DNA of 64,000 nt, taken from positions 46,872,001-46,936,000 of the forward strand of contig OZ024742.1 in assembly GCA_964016885.1 (NCBI GenBank). Reading direction: 5' to 3'. Made by a program: the position numbers and the translations under genes. Of this stretch, positions 38,811 to 53,004 are shown in pieces (positions within the stretch are counted from its first letter, which is position 1; every line of letters starts with the position of its first letter). The stretch comes from Eledone cirrhosa (Eukaryota). The notes below the pieces were generated by a model. That model saw nothing but the letters and a program-made list of their open reading frames with translations, was not told the DNA's origin and searched no databases.

Positions 38811-41800
38811 ATCAATTGAGAGTTGGCTGTTTGAACGCGCGTGGCCTGGGCTCAGCTTGAAAGCAAGCAAAGCTACTAAGTGACCTCAGGTCACGAAGTA
38901 TAGATGTGATGGTTGTTTGCGAGAGTCGGATCAGCAGCGTGCGACAGCTGGCTCCCGCCTTCGATGACTTTGAGATGCACGCATCTCTCTGTCAACCCGG
39001 AGGCGGGGGGGGGGGGAGTTGCTGTACTGTTGGATAAACGTCTGGCTCTCGACGTACAGATTGTTCACTCGGACCCGGGGGGTCGATTACTGGTGCTGGA
39101 CGTCGGAGGCGGTGAAGGCGAGTCTTTCAGACTGGTCGGTCTTTATGCCCCCTTCGGGGCTGAAAGAGCCGACTTCTTCCAGCGACTGGAGACTTTTCTA
39201 GGAACGTCGCGTTCCCTGCTTTTAGAGGGGGACTGGAATGGAATCCTGGATGCGCGTTGGGACTATGCAGGGGCATGTCCCGATAGAGGGGAGTGTAGCA
39301 GCCTCAAGGGGTTACTCGATCGATTCGACCTGGTCGATAGATTTCGACTAGATTGTCCAACTGCGCCAACCTGGACCTGGGCAAACCGCAGTGGACAATC
39401 TAGATCGTACCTAGATAGGTTTTTGGTTAGGAGTAAGGATACTTAGTTGTCCAGAATTGATCATGGTTGGCTATTCAGATCACAAATTAGTGACCTGCGT
39501 GGTCAACCTTGATAGAACGCATAGACAGGGTCCCGGTTACTGGAAGATGAACTTGTCCTTGCCGGCAAAGAAAAAGATTATAGGAACCGGATTAGTAGCT
39601 TAGTTAAGATGCGGTTGACGGGAGCGATCGTCAACAGTAGGTGGTGGGTATCTCTAAAGAGAGAGATTAGAGTAAGTTCGATAGGTTACAGGACCTAGCG
39701 GCGAATAGAAATAGGAAGGAAAGGGAGTTAACAGATAAACTAGAAGAGGCGATTAGGAGCGGAGACGTAGCCAGAGTGTTAGCGGCGAGAACGGCGTTGA
39801 GCCAGTTCTTTGACGCGAAGCACGAAGGCTGCGTTGTCCGAAGTAAAATACGTGCTTTAGGAAACGAGGGGACCAAAGCTGTTAACTGGGCCCGCGTGAC
39901 AGAAGCCAAGAGTGGGATTAAATCCACCATTCGGTCTTTGCGAGACCAGGATGGACGGGTGATCCTTGAACCTGAGCGGATGTGCGAGGCCTTTCAAAGG
40001 CACTTTGCTCGACTGTTCGGAGGGGGTGGGGGGGCCGGACGGGGATGTGGACGTCGGTCCATACCTCGACGGTCTACCGCGTCTTTCGAGCGGCGAAGCG
40101 GAGTGCTGCGAAAGGCCAATCACAGCCACTGAAATCGGGGAAGCGCTCAGCCAATGCAGCAGACGCAAATCTCCGGGTCTCGATGGTCTACCATACGAAC
40201 TTTATTTAGCTATGCCGGTCTTGTTCTCCGAAATCCTCGAGGCTGTCTATTGCAACTGGCAACAGAACGGGAGAATTCCCTGTTCTGTGACCAAGGGCGT
40301 GGTCACGCTAGTGAGGAAGGACGAGAGCAAGGGGGACGACTTAAGTAACTTTAGGCCCATAACTCTGCTGAATGCAGAGTTTCAGATTTTGGCCAATGTG
40401 TTGGCGAAGAGGTTGGCGCTTGTGGTGGGTGGTTTGGTGGGAGACGCGCAGACATGCGCTATCCCGTCCAGGTCCATTCACGACAACCTCCACCTCATGC
40501 GATACATCATAGAGAGGGTTGGCAACGAACCCGGCTTTGGTGGGGCCCTGATCAACTTGGATCAATCTAAGGCGTTCGATAGGGTCGACCATGGTTACCT
40601 GGATGCGGTGCTAGCGGCGGCGGGCTTCGGACCCGTTTGCAAGGGCTGGATTTCTGCCATGCACAGTGGCAACATCTACTCTAGGATTAAAGTAAACGGC
40701 TACCTCTCGGAGCCGTTTCAAATCACCCGGTCCATCAGACAGGGGTGACCCTCTCCTCCCTTCTGTACGTATTGACTCTCGAGCCACTGCTGCGGAAGTT
40801 GGAGTTGCTGCGGGGCATACCCCTGGAACCGGGATTGCACAAAGCGGTCTCGGCCTATGCCGACGACGTAACAGTAATGGTGGCGGACGCCTCGGAAATC
40901 GGGGCGATCGCCACCCTACTGGAGGAATACGAAAGGCTGACGGGGGCTAGGCTGAACCGGGACAAGTCAGTCGGTTTGCAACTCGGAACGTGGAGGGGCA
41001 AACCGATGCCGTTAGACGGTGTCGTCGGGCGGTGGACGGAGGGCCCGGTGAAGCTGCTCGGGGTCTGGTTCGGACGGACCTCCAGGTGGAGAAGAATTGG
41101 GGCGAGGTGACGAGCAGGGTGTTTGCGCTGACCCAGAAGTGGGCCAAGTGCAAACTATCACTGAAAGGTCGGGCGGAGGTGACGAACGCTTACATAGCGT
41201 CCGTCATCTGCTACCGCCTGACCGTCGTGCCTTGCCCCAAGGAAAAGATCACCATCATGGAACGCATGCTCTTCCAGTTCCTCTGGAAGAAGCGGCCTCC
41301 CATGGTGAGGAGATCCATCTGCTGCCAGCACCCTTCGAAAGGAGGGCTGGGTATGCCGTGGCTGTTGATGCGTAGGCACGCAATGAGGCTACGGCATCTA
41401 CAGGTATTCCTCACCGGTCAGCCGGTGTGGGCCCCGTTTCTGAGGCGAGCCTTCCCACAGCTCGTCTCGCTCACCGAGCTGCAATCCTGGGTGAAGCAAA
41501 GACCGAGAAAACTGGGCAACTGGCACACCGAGTGTGCCCAGGCACTCACGGCTATCTGGCAAGCGGACCCGACTGTCAGTGGAGAATCCACCTCGACATT
41601 CTATAGAGGGCTGGTGGCTAGCAGGGGCGACGACACCCTTGGAGAGTCGCTAGGCATGGAGGAGGACGAACTGGCCAGCCTGTTCGGTAGAACTTTCGGC
41701 CCGGGACCCATGGACAACTTCCAGAGGTCCCTAGCCTGGCAGTGTTACCGGGGGGCTCTGCCCGTTCGAGAAAAGCTCTACAGACACGGGCGCCCGGGCA

Positions 41801-42237
41801 GGGATCCAGCGAAAAAGATCTGTCCCAGATGCGTGCGCGACGAGGAAACCGTTGCGCATGCACTGGTACACTGCCCGGGCGTTGCCGATCTGTGGGGCTA
41901 CGTCGAACGACTGCTGTCGCGTGTGGCGCCGATTCGATTAACCGCCGAGTCTGTGGTGAACATCAAGCCGCCGCCTCCCTTCAGAAAGGAAGCAGAGGCG
42001 GTCTTTCTGTGCGTAATAGCCATGATGAAAGAGGTTGTGTGGTGGACGCGCCTGAAAGGTCTGAGGTCGGGTGACTTTCTCTCCGGCCATCACCTGGTTT
42101 ACTTCTTCCGATACCACTTCGGAAGAAGGATCAGGATGGAGAGAGAAGTGCTTGGCCCCAGACAGTTTTATGAAAGGTGGGTGAAAGAAGCGAGAATGGC
42201 TCGTGTAAATGAGCCTTCTCTCTACATTGTTCTGTAG
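38808..42237 (+). pseudogene. Tx1 ORF2 (APE endonuclease, RT, Zn finger), disrupted
   Basis: Start mutated to ATA; several stops and frameshifts; motifs GDWN, SYLDRF, AYADD. Confidence 0.88.
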
Positions 42238-42466
42238 GTGAAGAAGTGAAGAGGAAAGGGGGAGCGCCTCCTCTCTGGGCTTCCCCCGCGAAAAGGGTTG
42301 CACACTTTTCGGGGGTATGTGCAATCCCGAACACGCCCCTCCCTTTTGAGGACTTTTTATTATTATATTATTATTGTTATTCCTTTTTCTTTACTCGATT
42401 TATGTAAACTCCCCCACTGTGTATTTGTCCCCTTCTTTTGTGCCCTCGTGGCAAATAAATAGAAAT

Positions 42467-42467
42467 G

Positions 42468-42530
<63 letters not shown>
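42467..42530. repeat. (CTAT)n microsatellite 3' of Tx1 copy 3 (shorter tract at 36796-36819 separates copies 2 and 3)
   Basis: Directly visible. Confidence 0.95.
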
Positions 42531-43170
42531 TTAAAGCTGACCTTTGTCAGCCACTCTCCAGCTATCTATCTAATGCTGTATATGGCTATGGTGCGGCCAC
42601 ACTTAGAATTTGCATCACCAGTCTGGAACCCCTATCTTGCTCAGAACATTGACCGCCTGGAAACTGTTTAGAAACGTGCAACGAAGCGAATACCCTCTAT
42701 CAGGCATCTACCATACTCTGAACGCCTTGCTTCTCTGGGCATGGATACATTGAAGCTCTGACGTCTGGGAACTGACTCGGGAAATACCCACACAATTATT
42801 AACCATATTGCCAACAACAACCCTGAGCACCTTTTTGATTTGCATGTGTCTACAAAGTCTGAAAACAGCACAGCTCCCATGACTTTCGGAAACATCTTTT
42901 CACACTCAGAGTCGCTGAAGCATGAAACAAACTACCTTTATTAGTTGTTAGCTGTCGAGACACTGTATCCTTTAAAACTTCCATGCTTCCCGAGATTCGC
43001 CAACACTACACCTGATGTCTCCCCTCCATACACACGCACACATGTATTTCATGACTCGTACACTGTTCATTTTCCTGACATTTGTACATTGCCCTATGTA
43101 CTATACATGCACCTTTGATGAGTTGTAGTGCACCTCAGCACTGTACACAATAATTTCATTATTATCATTT
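42531..43170 (+). mobile_element. CR1-clade LINE 3' fragment
   Basis: LYMAMVRPHLEFASPVWNPYLAQNIDRLETV*KRATKRIPSIRHLPYSERLASLG; 3'UTR ending in an (ATT)-like tail. Confidence 0.85.
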
Positions 43171-43235
43171 TATATATATATAAAATTAGAATTTTATTTC
43201 TCGCCCTTGCACAGCTGATACACAAATTTAAGTAT

Positions 43236-43281
<46 letters not shown>

Positions 43282-43401
43282 ACACCCACACACACACACA
43301 CACACACACATGCACACACACACACACTATGATTTTGGCTTACCTTATTCCTATATGTATGTTTTTGAATGTCAGTTAGATTCAAACTTACAATGATTGG
43401 C

Positions 43402-43439
<38 letters not shown>

Positions 43440-43448
<9 letters not shown>

Positions 43449-46142
43449 AGATCAAAAGATGGTTAAAGGAGTTCCATATATTTTATTATGCGCATTTCAA
43501 AAACAAACATCATCAAGCAATAATATTTGTGTTTTCATCAGATAAAACAGGAGAACATGATATGAAGGCTAAAAAAAACACTTGTTGATAGTGCAGTTTT
43601 AAATCAACATATGAAAAGTGGTTTTAGATTGATGTGTGATATTGGGAAAAATATTTTATTTAGAGAGGGGGAGGGGGAAGATGAAAAGGGAAGGAGATGA
43701 GAGGGAGAGATGGGTGATAGAGAGAAAGAGATAGTTTTTATAACTGAGAGGAGATATAATTTTTACATAGAGGGGTTGAAAACCGTTGGAAGATACTGTA
43801 TAAATTAAAAATTTTGAAAATTAACGAAGGGTGGATATGTGCGAGGAAAAAATATTTTATTTAGGGAGGGGGGGGGAAAGGATGAACAAAAGGGGGGAGG
43901 AGATGAGAGTGAAGGTGGAGAGGGAAAGATGGGTGATAGAGAGAAAGAGATAGTTTTTATAACTGAGAAAAAGATATATTGTTTTAATATAGAGAGGTTG
44001 GGAACCGTTGGAAGATAATGTATAAATTAAAGGAATTTGAAAATTAACGAAGGGAAATTATGTATGAAGATGGAGAGAAAAAAATAATAATTGTGGGTGA
44101 ATATTCTAACGTCAAAAGAAGAAATGTATGTATTGTGGCAATTTCAAAATTAGCGAAGAGAAAAGTTGTTAAGGTTTGTGTGTAGAAGGATTTGAGAAAA
44201 TTAATGTGAAGTTAAAGTTTGTATATTGAATTGATATGTATTAATAATGAGTTCGTTGATGGGGAGAAAAAAAAAAAAAAAAAAAATAAATAAATAAATA
44301 AATAATGATAAATTAAGGATGAAATTGAGATTAAAAAGATTTATGATAGAGAGAAAAAATAATAATGATTGCGGATGAATATTCAAAATGTCAAAAACAA
44401 ATTTTATTATTTTACGAGAAGATAGAATGAGGGTAATGAGTAAACGAGTATTATAGAGTGTATAATGCCCTTTAAAGTAAGGTAGATGGGTATATTTTAA
44501 AGAGGTGTATGTATATGTGCCTTTGAGAAAAGATTCTAAATTGATAAAGAATTGAATATTAACTGTATACTTTGTGAAAAGTTCTATGGAATTTATGCAG
44601 GCAGATAGAAAACAAATCTGAGCGTCTATTTATTATAGATTCTAGGTTAGAGATAATGTTAAATTTTTCATTTAGGCAGAGATTACAGATTTTAGATAGA
44701 GAGCTGTTCAAGTATGAGGATGCAGAAGAAATCTTTTTCCAAAAGATGTTATATTTAATGTTTTTGTCTTTTAAGGACCATATGAGTTCTGAGAGAGCAG
44801 TGTTAGTTCTTTTAAGTTTGTATTTGAAAGATGAATGATGATTATAGAGACGAGCTTTAAAAGAGGTGGAAGTGGAGCCAAAATAGGTGAAGGAATTGGT
44901 GCTAGTTATAATTTTACATTCATAAATTAAGTTTTTATCGAGGCAATGGTTGTTGAGAGGACATTTATTTTTAATGCGGCAGTTGCAATTAGAGAGATTA
45001 TTAATGAGTGATCTAGTGTTATCTATAGAAGGAATTGGATTGGAGAAGTTGTTTGCGATAGGAATAATAGGAATAATAGTTTCTTGATTTAGAGTTGGAT
45101 TATGAACATTTAGCGAAGTTGTGTTTGACGTTGTATTTGGGTTTACAGAAGTTAGCCTAGGGTTTACAATGACGTCGGGAGTACTATTACTGTTATTATG
45201 AAATTCAATATTGGAAGGAAGAGATTTAGTATTTAATATTTTGTTGTTGTGTTTAGAGATGATGTTGGAAATATTGGAGGATGTAGAATACGAAAATTTG
45301 ATGGTGTGTTTGTTAAATATTTTACTATAGATATGTGAGGGAGGGAAGCATTTATTTAAGGCACTAAAAAATAATTTAGAAATATTGTTATTAATACAGA
45401 TGGAGAAAGGAGCATTATACCAGATTATGTTTTTGTATCTAGGTCTTTTATTAAAATTATTGGAATGGTCATGATTAATTATTCTACTGTAAGTTTTCCT
45501 AGAATTTGTTTCTTTATTATATTTGATTTTATCTGGATAGCCGGCTTTAGAAAGTGCGTTATTATAGTAATTGGCGTTAGCATCAAAGATGTTTTTATTA
45601 GAAGATATGTTAGATATTCTATTTCCAATATTATTAACTATAGCATTCTTGATATTGGTAGGATGGTTAGATTTAAAGTTAACATAATTAAGATTCTCAT
45701 TGTTTTTATGGTAAGGGTAATATAGGCCAGTGTCAAGATTAAGAGATACATCCAAGAAATTAGCTAGTTTGATACTATTATCAAATTCAATTTTTAGGTT
45801 ATGTTGGTTAAAGAGATTACGTATATTGTTCTTAATAATATTAAGTTTAACTATATTGCAATTTAGGATAGTAAAGAGTCCATCGTCACGATAAATTCCA
45901 CCGCGAAGTTGAGGAATTTTCCGACTCAAAGAGTTCAAAATGAAGATACCAATTAAATCAGTCAATTGGGGTGAATCGGATGCTCCCATTGTGATGTCGA
46001 AGTTGTTAGAGGTATCGGCTCTGGTCCAATATTCGTTGTTGAACTCTAGGATGGTTTTACGTGCGGTGAGGATGATGTGAAGTTCATCTGTGGTGATGTC
46101 AGAATATTGCTTTATTGTACTACAATAAAACTCACCTCCTAC

Positions 46143-46143
<1 letters not shown>
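43440..46143 (-). mobile_element. Naiad-type PLE copy A (5'-truncated)
   Basis: Reverse-complement near-copy of copy B; 38-bp inverted tail piece at 46106-46143 equals 50061-50098. Confidence 0.92.
44559..46107 (-). pseudogene. PLE RT (partial) + GIY-YIG, open frame but 5'-truncated
   Basis: FDITMGASD, YRDDGL, NFLDV.L.L, SNHP, WYNAPFS, CNCRIKNKCPL, IYEC..TYFGST, CNLCLNEK, ICLH. Confidence 0.9.
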
Positions 46144-46213
<70 letters not shown>

Positions 46214-46221
<8 letters not shown>

Positions 46222-47019
46222 AGATCAAAAGATGGTTAAAGGAGTTCCATATATTTTATTATGCGCATTTCAAAAACAAACATCATTATGCAATAATATT
46301 TGTGTTTTCATCAGATAAAACAGGAGAACATGATATGAAGGCTAAAAAACACTTGTGGATAGTGCAGTTTTAAATCAACATATGAAAAGTGGTTTTAGAT
46401 TGATGTGTGATATTGGGAAAAATATTTTATTTAGAGAGGGGGGGGGAGGATGAAAAGGGAAGGAGATGAGAGGAAGAGATGGGTGATAGAGAGAAAGAGA
46501 TAGTTTTTATAACTGAGAGGAGATATATTTTTTACATAGAGAGGTTGAAAACCGTTGGAAGATACTGTATAAATTAAAAATTTTGAAAATGAACGAAGGG
46601 AGGATATGTGCGAGGAAAAAATATTTTATTTAGGGAGGGGGGGGGGATGAAAAAAAGGGGGAGGAGATGAGAGTGAAGGTGGAGAGGGAGAGATGGGTGA
46701 TAGAGAGAAAGAGATAGTTTTTATAACTGAGAAAAAGATATATTGTTTTAATATAGAGAGGTTGGGTACCGTTGGAAGATAATGTATAAATTAAAGGAAT
46801 TTGAAAATTAACGAAGGGAAATTATGTATGAAGATAGAGAGAAAAAAATAATAATTGTGGGTGAATATTCTAACGTCAAAAAAAGAAATGTATGTATTGT
46901 GGCAATTTCAAAATTAACGAAGAGAAAAATTATTAAGGTTTGTGTGTAGAAGGATTTGAGAAAAATAATGTGAAGTTAAAGTTTGTATATTGGTTGAATT
47001 GATAATATATGCGAATAAA
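46214..47019 (-). repeat. inverted pLTR/3'UTR copy preceding copy B
   Basis: Reverse complement of ~49205-50010. Confidence 0.9.
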
Positions 47020-50000
47020 AAAAGACCGAACCATTCCTCCCAAGAACTCCGAGGATAAATCTCAAGCATCACAAAAACAATTTTCGCACTGAACTACCTG
47101 TTAGATTAATCACCCCCTCTAAATCTGATCTGGGGGTTGTTAGTAAAGCCATCTTGGATAGGATTATCCCACAGGTTAGTTCTAATTGCTCTTCTTTGAA
47201 CCTAAATTTATGGTTTGGTACTTCTGAAGTGATTGGCTGGTTCAACAAATTGGATAATAAAAACAAACTAAAATTTATTCAATTTGATATTGCCAGCTAC
47301 TATTCCTCCATTTCGCCTTCACTTCTCAATAATGCTCTATCTTTCGCACTTAAATATTCTGACATCACCACAGATGAACTTCACATCATCCTCACCGCAC
47401 GTAAAACCATCCTAGAGTTCAACAACGAATATTGGACTAGAGCCGATACCTCTAACAACTTCGACATCACAATGGGAGCATCCGATTCATCCCAATTGAC
47501 TGGTTTAATTGGTATCTTCATTTTGAACTCTTTGAGTCGGAAAATTCCTCAACTTCGCGGTGGAATTTATCGTGACGATGGACTCTTTACTATCCTAAAT
47601 TGCAATATAGTTAAACTTAATATTATTAAGAACAATATACGTAATCTCTTTAACCAACATAACCTAAAAATTGAATTTGATAATAGTATCAAACTAGCTA
47701 ATTTCTTGGATGTATCTCTTAATCTTGACACTGGCCTATATTACCCTTACCATAAAAACAATGAGAACCTTAATTATGTTAACTTTAAATCTAACCATCC
47801 TACCAATATCAAGAATGCTATAGTTAATAATATTGGAAATAGAATATCTAACATATCTTCTAATAAAAACATCTTTGATGCTAACGCCAATTACTATAAT
47901 AACGCACTTTCTAAAGCCGGCTATCCAGATAAAATCAAATATAATAAAGAAACAAATTCTAGAAAAACTTACAGTAGAATAATTAATCATGACCATTCCA
48001 ATAATTTTAATAAAAGACCTAGATACAAAAACATAATCTAGTATAATGCTCCTTTCTCCATCTCTATTAATAACAATATTCCTAAATTATTTTTTAGTGC
48101 CTTAAATAAATGCTTCCCTCCCTCACATATCTATAGTAAAATATTTAACAAACACACCATCAAATTTACGTATTCTACATCCTCCAATATTTCCAACATC
48201 ATCTCTAAACACAACAATAAAATACTAAATACTAAATCTCTTCCTTCCAATATTGAATTTCATAATAACAGTAATAGTACTCCCGACGTCATTGTAAACC
48301 CTAGGCTAACTTCTGTAAACCCAAATACAACGTCAAACACAACTTCGCTAAATGTTCATAATCCAACTCTAAATCAAGAAACTATTATTCCTATTATTCC
48401 TATCGCAAACAACTTCTCCAATCCAATTCCTTCTATAGATAACACTAGATCACTCATTAATAATCTCTCCAATTGCAACTGCCGCATTAAAAATAAATGT
48501 CCTCTCAACAACCATTGTCTCGATAAAAACTTAATTTATGAATGTAAAATTATAACTAGCACCAATTCCTTCACCTATTTCGGCTCCACTTCCACCTCTT
48601 TTAAAGCTCGTCTCTATAATCATCATTCATCTTTCAAATACAAACTTAAAAGAACTAACACTGCTCTCTCAGAACTCATATGGTCCTTAAAAGACAAAAA
48701 CATTAAATATACCATCTTTTGGAAGAAGATTTCTTCTGCATCCTCATACTTGAACAGCTCTCTATCTAAAATCTGTAATCTCTGCCTAAATGAAAAATTT
48801 ACCATTATCTCTAACCTAGATTCTATAATAAATAGACGCACAGATTTGTTTTCTATCTGCCTGCATAAATTCCATAGAACTTTTCACAAAGTATACAGTT
48901 AATATTCAATTCTTTATCAATTTAGAATCTTTTCTCAAAGGCACATATACATACACCTCTTTAAAATATACCCATCTACCTTACTTTAAAGGGCATTATA
49001 CACTCTATAATACTCGTTTACTCATTACCCTCATTCTATCTTCTCCTTGTAAAATCATAACATTTGTTTTGACATTAGAATATTCATCCGCAATCATTAT
49101 TATTTTTTCTCTCTATCATAAATCTTTTTAATCTCAATTTCATCCTTAATTTATTATTATTTTTTTCTCCCCATCAACGAACTCATTATTAATACATATT
49201 AACTCTTTATTCGCATATATTATCAATTCAATCAATATACAAACTTTAACTTCACATTATTTTTCTCAAATCCTTCTACACACAAACCTTAATAATTTTT
49301 CTCTTCGTTAATTTTGAAATTGCCACAATACATACATTTCTTTTTTTGACGTTAGAATATTCACCCACAATTATTATTTTTTTCTCTCTATCTTCATACA
49401 TAATTTCCCTTCGTTAATTTTCAAATTCCTTTAATTTATACATTATCTTCCAACGGTTCCCAACCTCTCTATATTAAAACAATATATCTTTTTCTCAGTT
49501 ATAAAAACTATCTCTTTCTCTCTATCACCCATCTCTCCCTCTCCACCTTCACTCTCATCTCCTCCCCCTTTTTTTCATCCTTCCCCCCCCTCCCTAAATA
49601 AAATATTTTTTCCTCGCACATATCCTCCCTTCTTTAATTTTCAAAATTTTTAATTTATACAGTATCTTCCAACGGTTTTCAACCTCTCTATGTAAAAAAT
49701 ATATCTCCTCTCAGTTATAAAAACTATCTCTTTCTCTCTATCACCCATCTCTCCCTCTCATCTCCTTCCCGTTTCATCCCCCCCCCCTCTCTAAATAAAA
49801 TATTTTTCCCAATATCACACATCAATCTAAAACCACTTTTCATATGTTGATTTAAAACTGCACTATCCACAAATGTTTTTTAGCCTTCATATCATGTTCT
49901 CCTGTTTTATCTGATGAAAACACAAATATTATTGCATGATGATGTTTGTTTTTGAAATGCGCATAATAAAATATATGGAACTCCTTTAACCATCTTTTGA

Positions 50001-50095
50001 TCTTATATTATGCATACTCAAGTCCTACAAATTGTAGAGTGCTTCTTATCCGATATCTGCATTGCTTTATTGTACTACAATAAAACTCACCTCCT

Positions 50096-50098
<3 letters not shown>
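47020..50098 (+). mobile_element. Naiad-type PLE copy B (5'-truncated; ORF to 48902 with TGG->TAG at 48039)
   Basis: HKNNF..RLITPSKSD, QFDIASYYSSI, YRDD, GIY-YIG; 3'UTR with internal duplication and hammerhead; ends at (TA)n. Confidence 0.92.
49905..49971 (+). ncRNA. hammerhead H8 (also 43481-43547 and 46254-46320, both minus)
   Basis: TTTTAT-CTGATGA-AAAcACAAATATT..GATGTTTGTtTTT-GAAA-TGCGCA-TA-ATAAAA. Confidence 0.88.
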
Positions 50099-50171
<73 letters not shown>

Positions 50172-50873
50172 TGTCTGCCAGGAGATGAAGGTGGCCCACC
50201 TACATATAGTATGCTATCATTTAATTTTTATAATGATTATATAACATTTTCGAAAAAACATAAGTGGAAACAAAACAGTTGGATCAAATTTTTGCGGAAA
50301 AAAATCTTACCGTCTCCAATAAAAAATATTATGTATTTTGCGAAATCCAGAGACTTTCAATAATGACCAGAACTCGACCCTAAATATTACTAATAGCTCT
50401 AGTAAAGCCATGAACGACACCACATCTTTTTAACTTTGAGTTTGAAAGTAGGTTTATAATTATCAATTTTCATTAAGCTTTCGTAGCTGTCTCTGGGGCC
50501 TAGTTGGAGGAATCATAGACAGTGGTGATCCTGGTCTGAAGTTTGATCCTAGTCTGTAGTTCGATCCTGGTCGGGAGTAGGGCTCCCGGTAAACATTTTC
50601 AGGTTTTTTCTATTGGCTGTAAAATAAAAAAACTGAAGGAAGTTACCTGTACCTCTTGACAAGGATTGACCCCAAGGCCAGGATCTCCACCGTCTCTAGA
50701 TTCAAACTTACAATGATTGGCATTATATATACATATATACAATGGCGGACTAGGTCTAACAATAATGGTTGCCAGATGAAGGGAGCCCACCTACATATAG
50801 AATGCTATCATTTAATTTTTATAATGAATAAATAACATTTTCAAAAAATACATAAGAGGAAACAAAACTGCAA

Positions 50874-51527
50874 TCGGTCATGGCACTAGAAGATGTAAAT
50901 ATTTAAATCGTATTTTAATTTATTTGAAAGATTATTTAATCTTTACTTGTTCCGCTCATATTTACAGTTCTGGTATCTCAAATTAGTACCATAGAACAAC
51001 CACTATTATAGACACCATATATATTTCCGTGGTTGCCTAGCACCTACTGGGATATCTATATCATTTATCTAATTCTCCTTAATGTAGAGAAAAAAATGCT
51101 GTATCATGCTGCTATTTCTAGCAGCATGAAATATCAGCGAGTCTATAATTCCCGCTTTTTCTAACGCTCCAATAAGTGTGTGGGTCATTTTAACGGCTTG
51201 ATTCATTCACTGGGCAGAAGGTGATTCATCTACATCTATACGGAGTTATGTCTAGTAGATTTGGAAAAGCTATCTGAAGAGCTATATCTTTCCGTTGGAA
51301 ATTCTCTGAATTTCCAATCTTTTGATAAGTGAAACCGTCGGTCATGGCACTAGAAGAGGAAAATATTTAAATCGTATTTTAATTTATTTGAAAGATTATT
51401 TAATGTTTACTTGTTCCGCTCTTATTTACAGTTCTGGTATCTCAAATTAGTACCATAGAACAACCACTATTATAGACACCATATATATTTCCGTGGGTGC
51501 CTAGCACCCACTGGGATATCTATATCA

Positions 51528-51532
<5 letters not shown>
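50874..51532 (+). mobile_element. ORF-less hammerhead element R3: 464-nt-period partial tandem
   Basis: 50874-51068 repeats at 51338-51532; the repeat starts inside hammerhead stem III; ends at (TA)n; no ORF. Confidence 0.88.
51269..51348 (+). ncRNA. hammerhead H9
   Basis: GCTAT-CTGAAGA-GCT..TTGGAAATT ctctg AATTTCCAA..AGT-GAAA-CCG t CGG-TC-ATGGC (GUC triplet). Confidence 0.88.
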
Positions 51533-52891
<1,359 letters not shown>

Positions 52892-53004
52892 ATGTAGAAG
52901 AAGCACTGCTCGCCTCGGATGCTGTAGCCGTGGCTCTAGCTTCCATTGTCAATAGCGATCATCATGTTTATACACACACGCACATATATACATGTAAAAG
53001 TTTA

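Larger units (their letters stand above)
36820..42466 (+). mobile_element. L1-Tx1 copy 3 (full-length, head-to-tail with copy 2)
   Basis: Open ORF1; disrupted ORF2 with APE, RT and C-terminal CPRC..ET..H.L..C; AATAAA then (CTAT)n. Confidence 0.93.
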
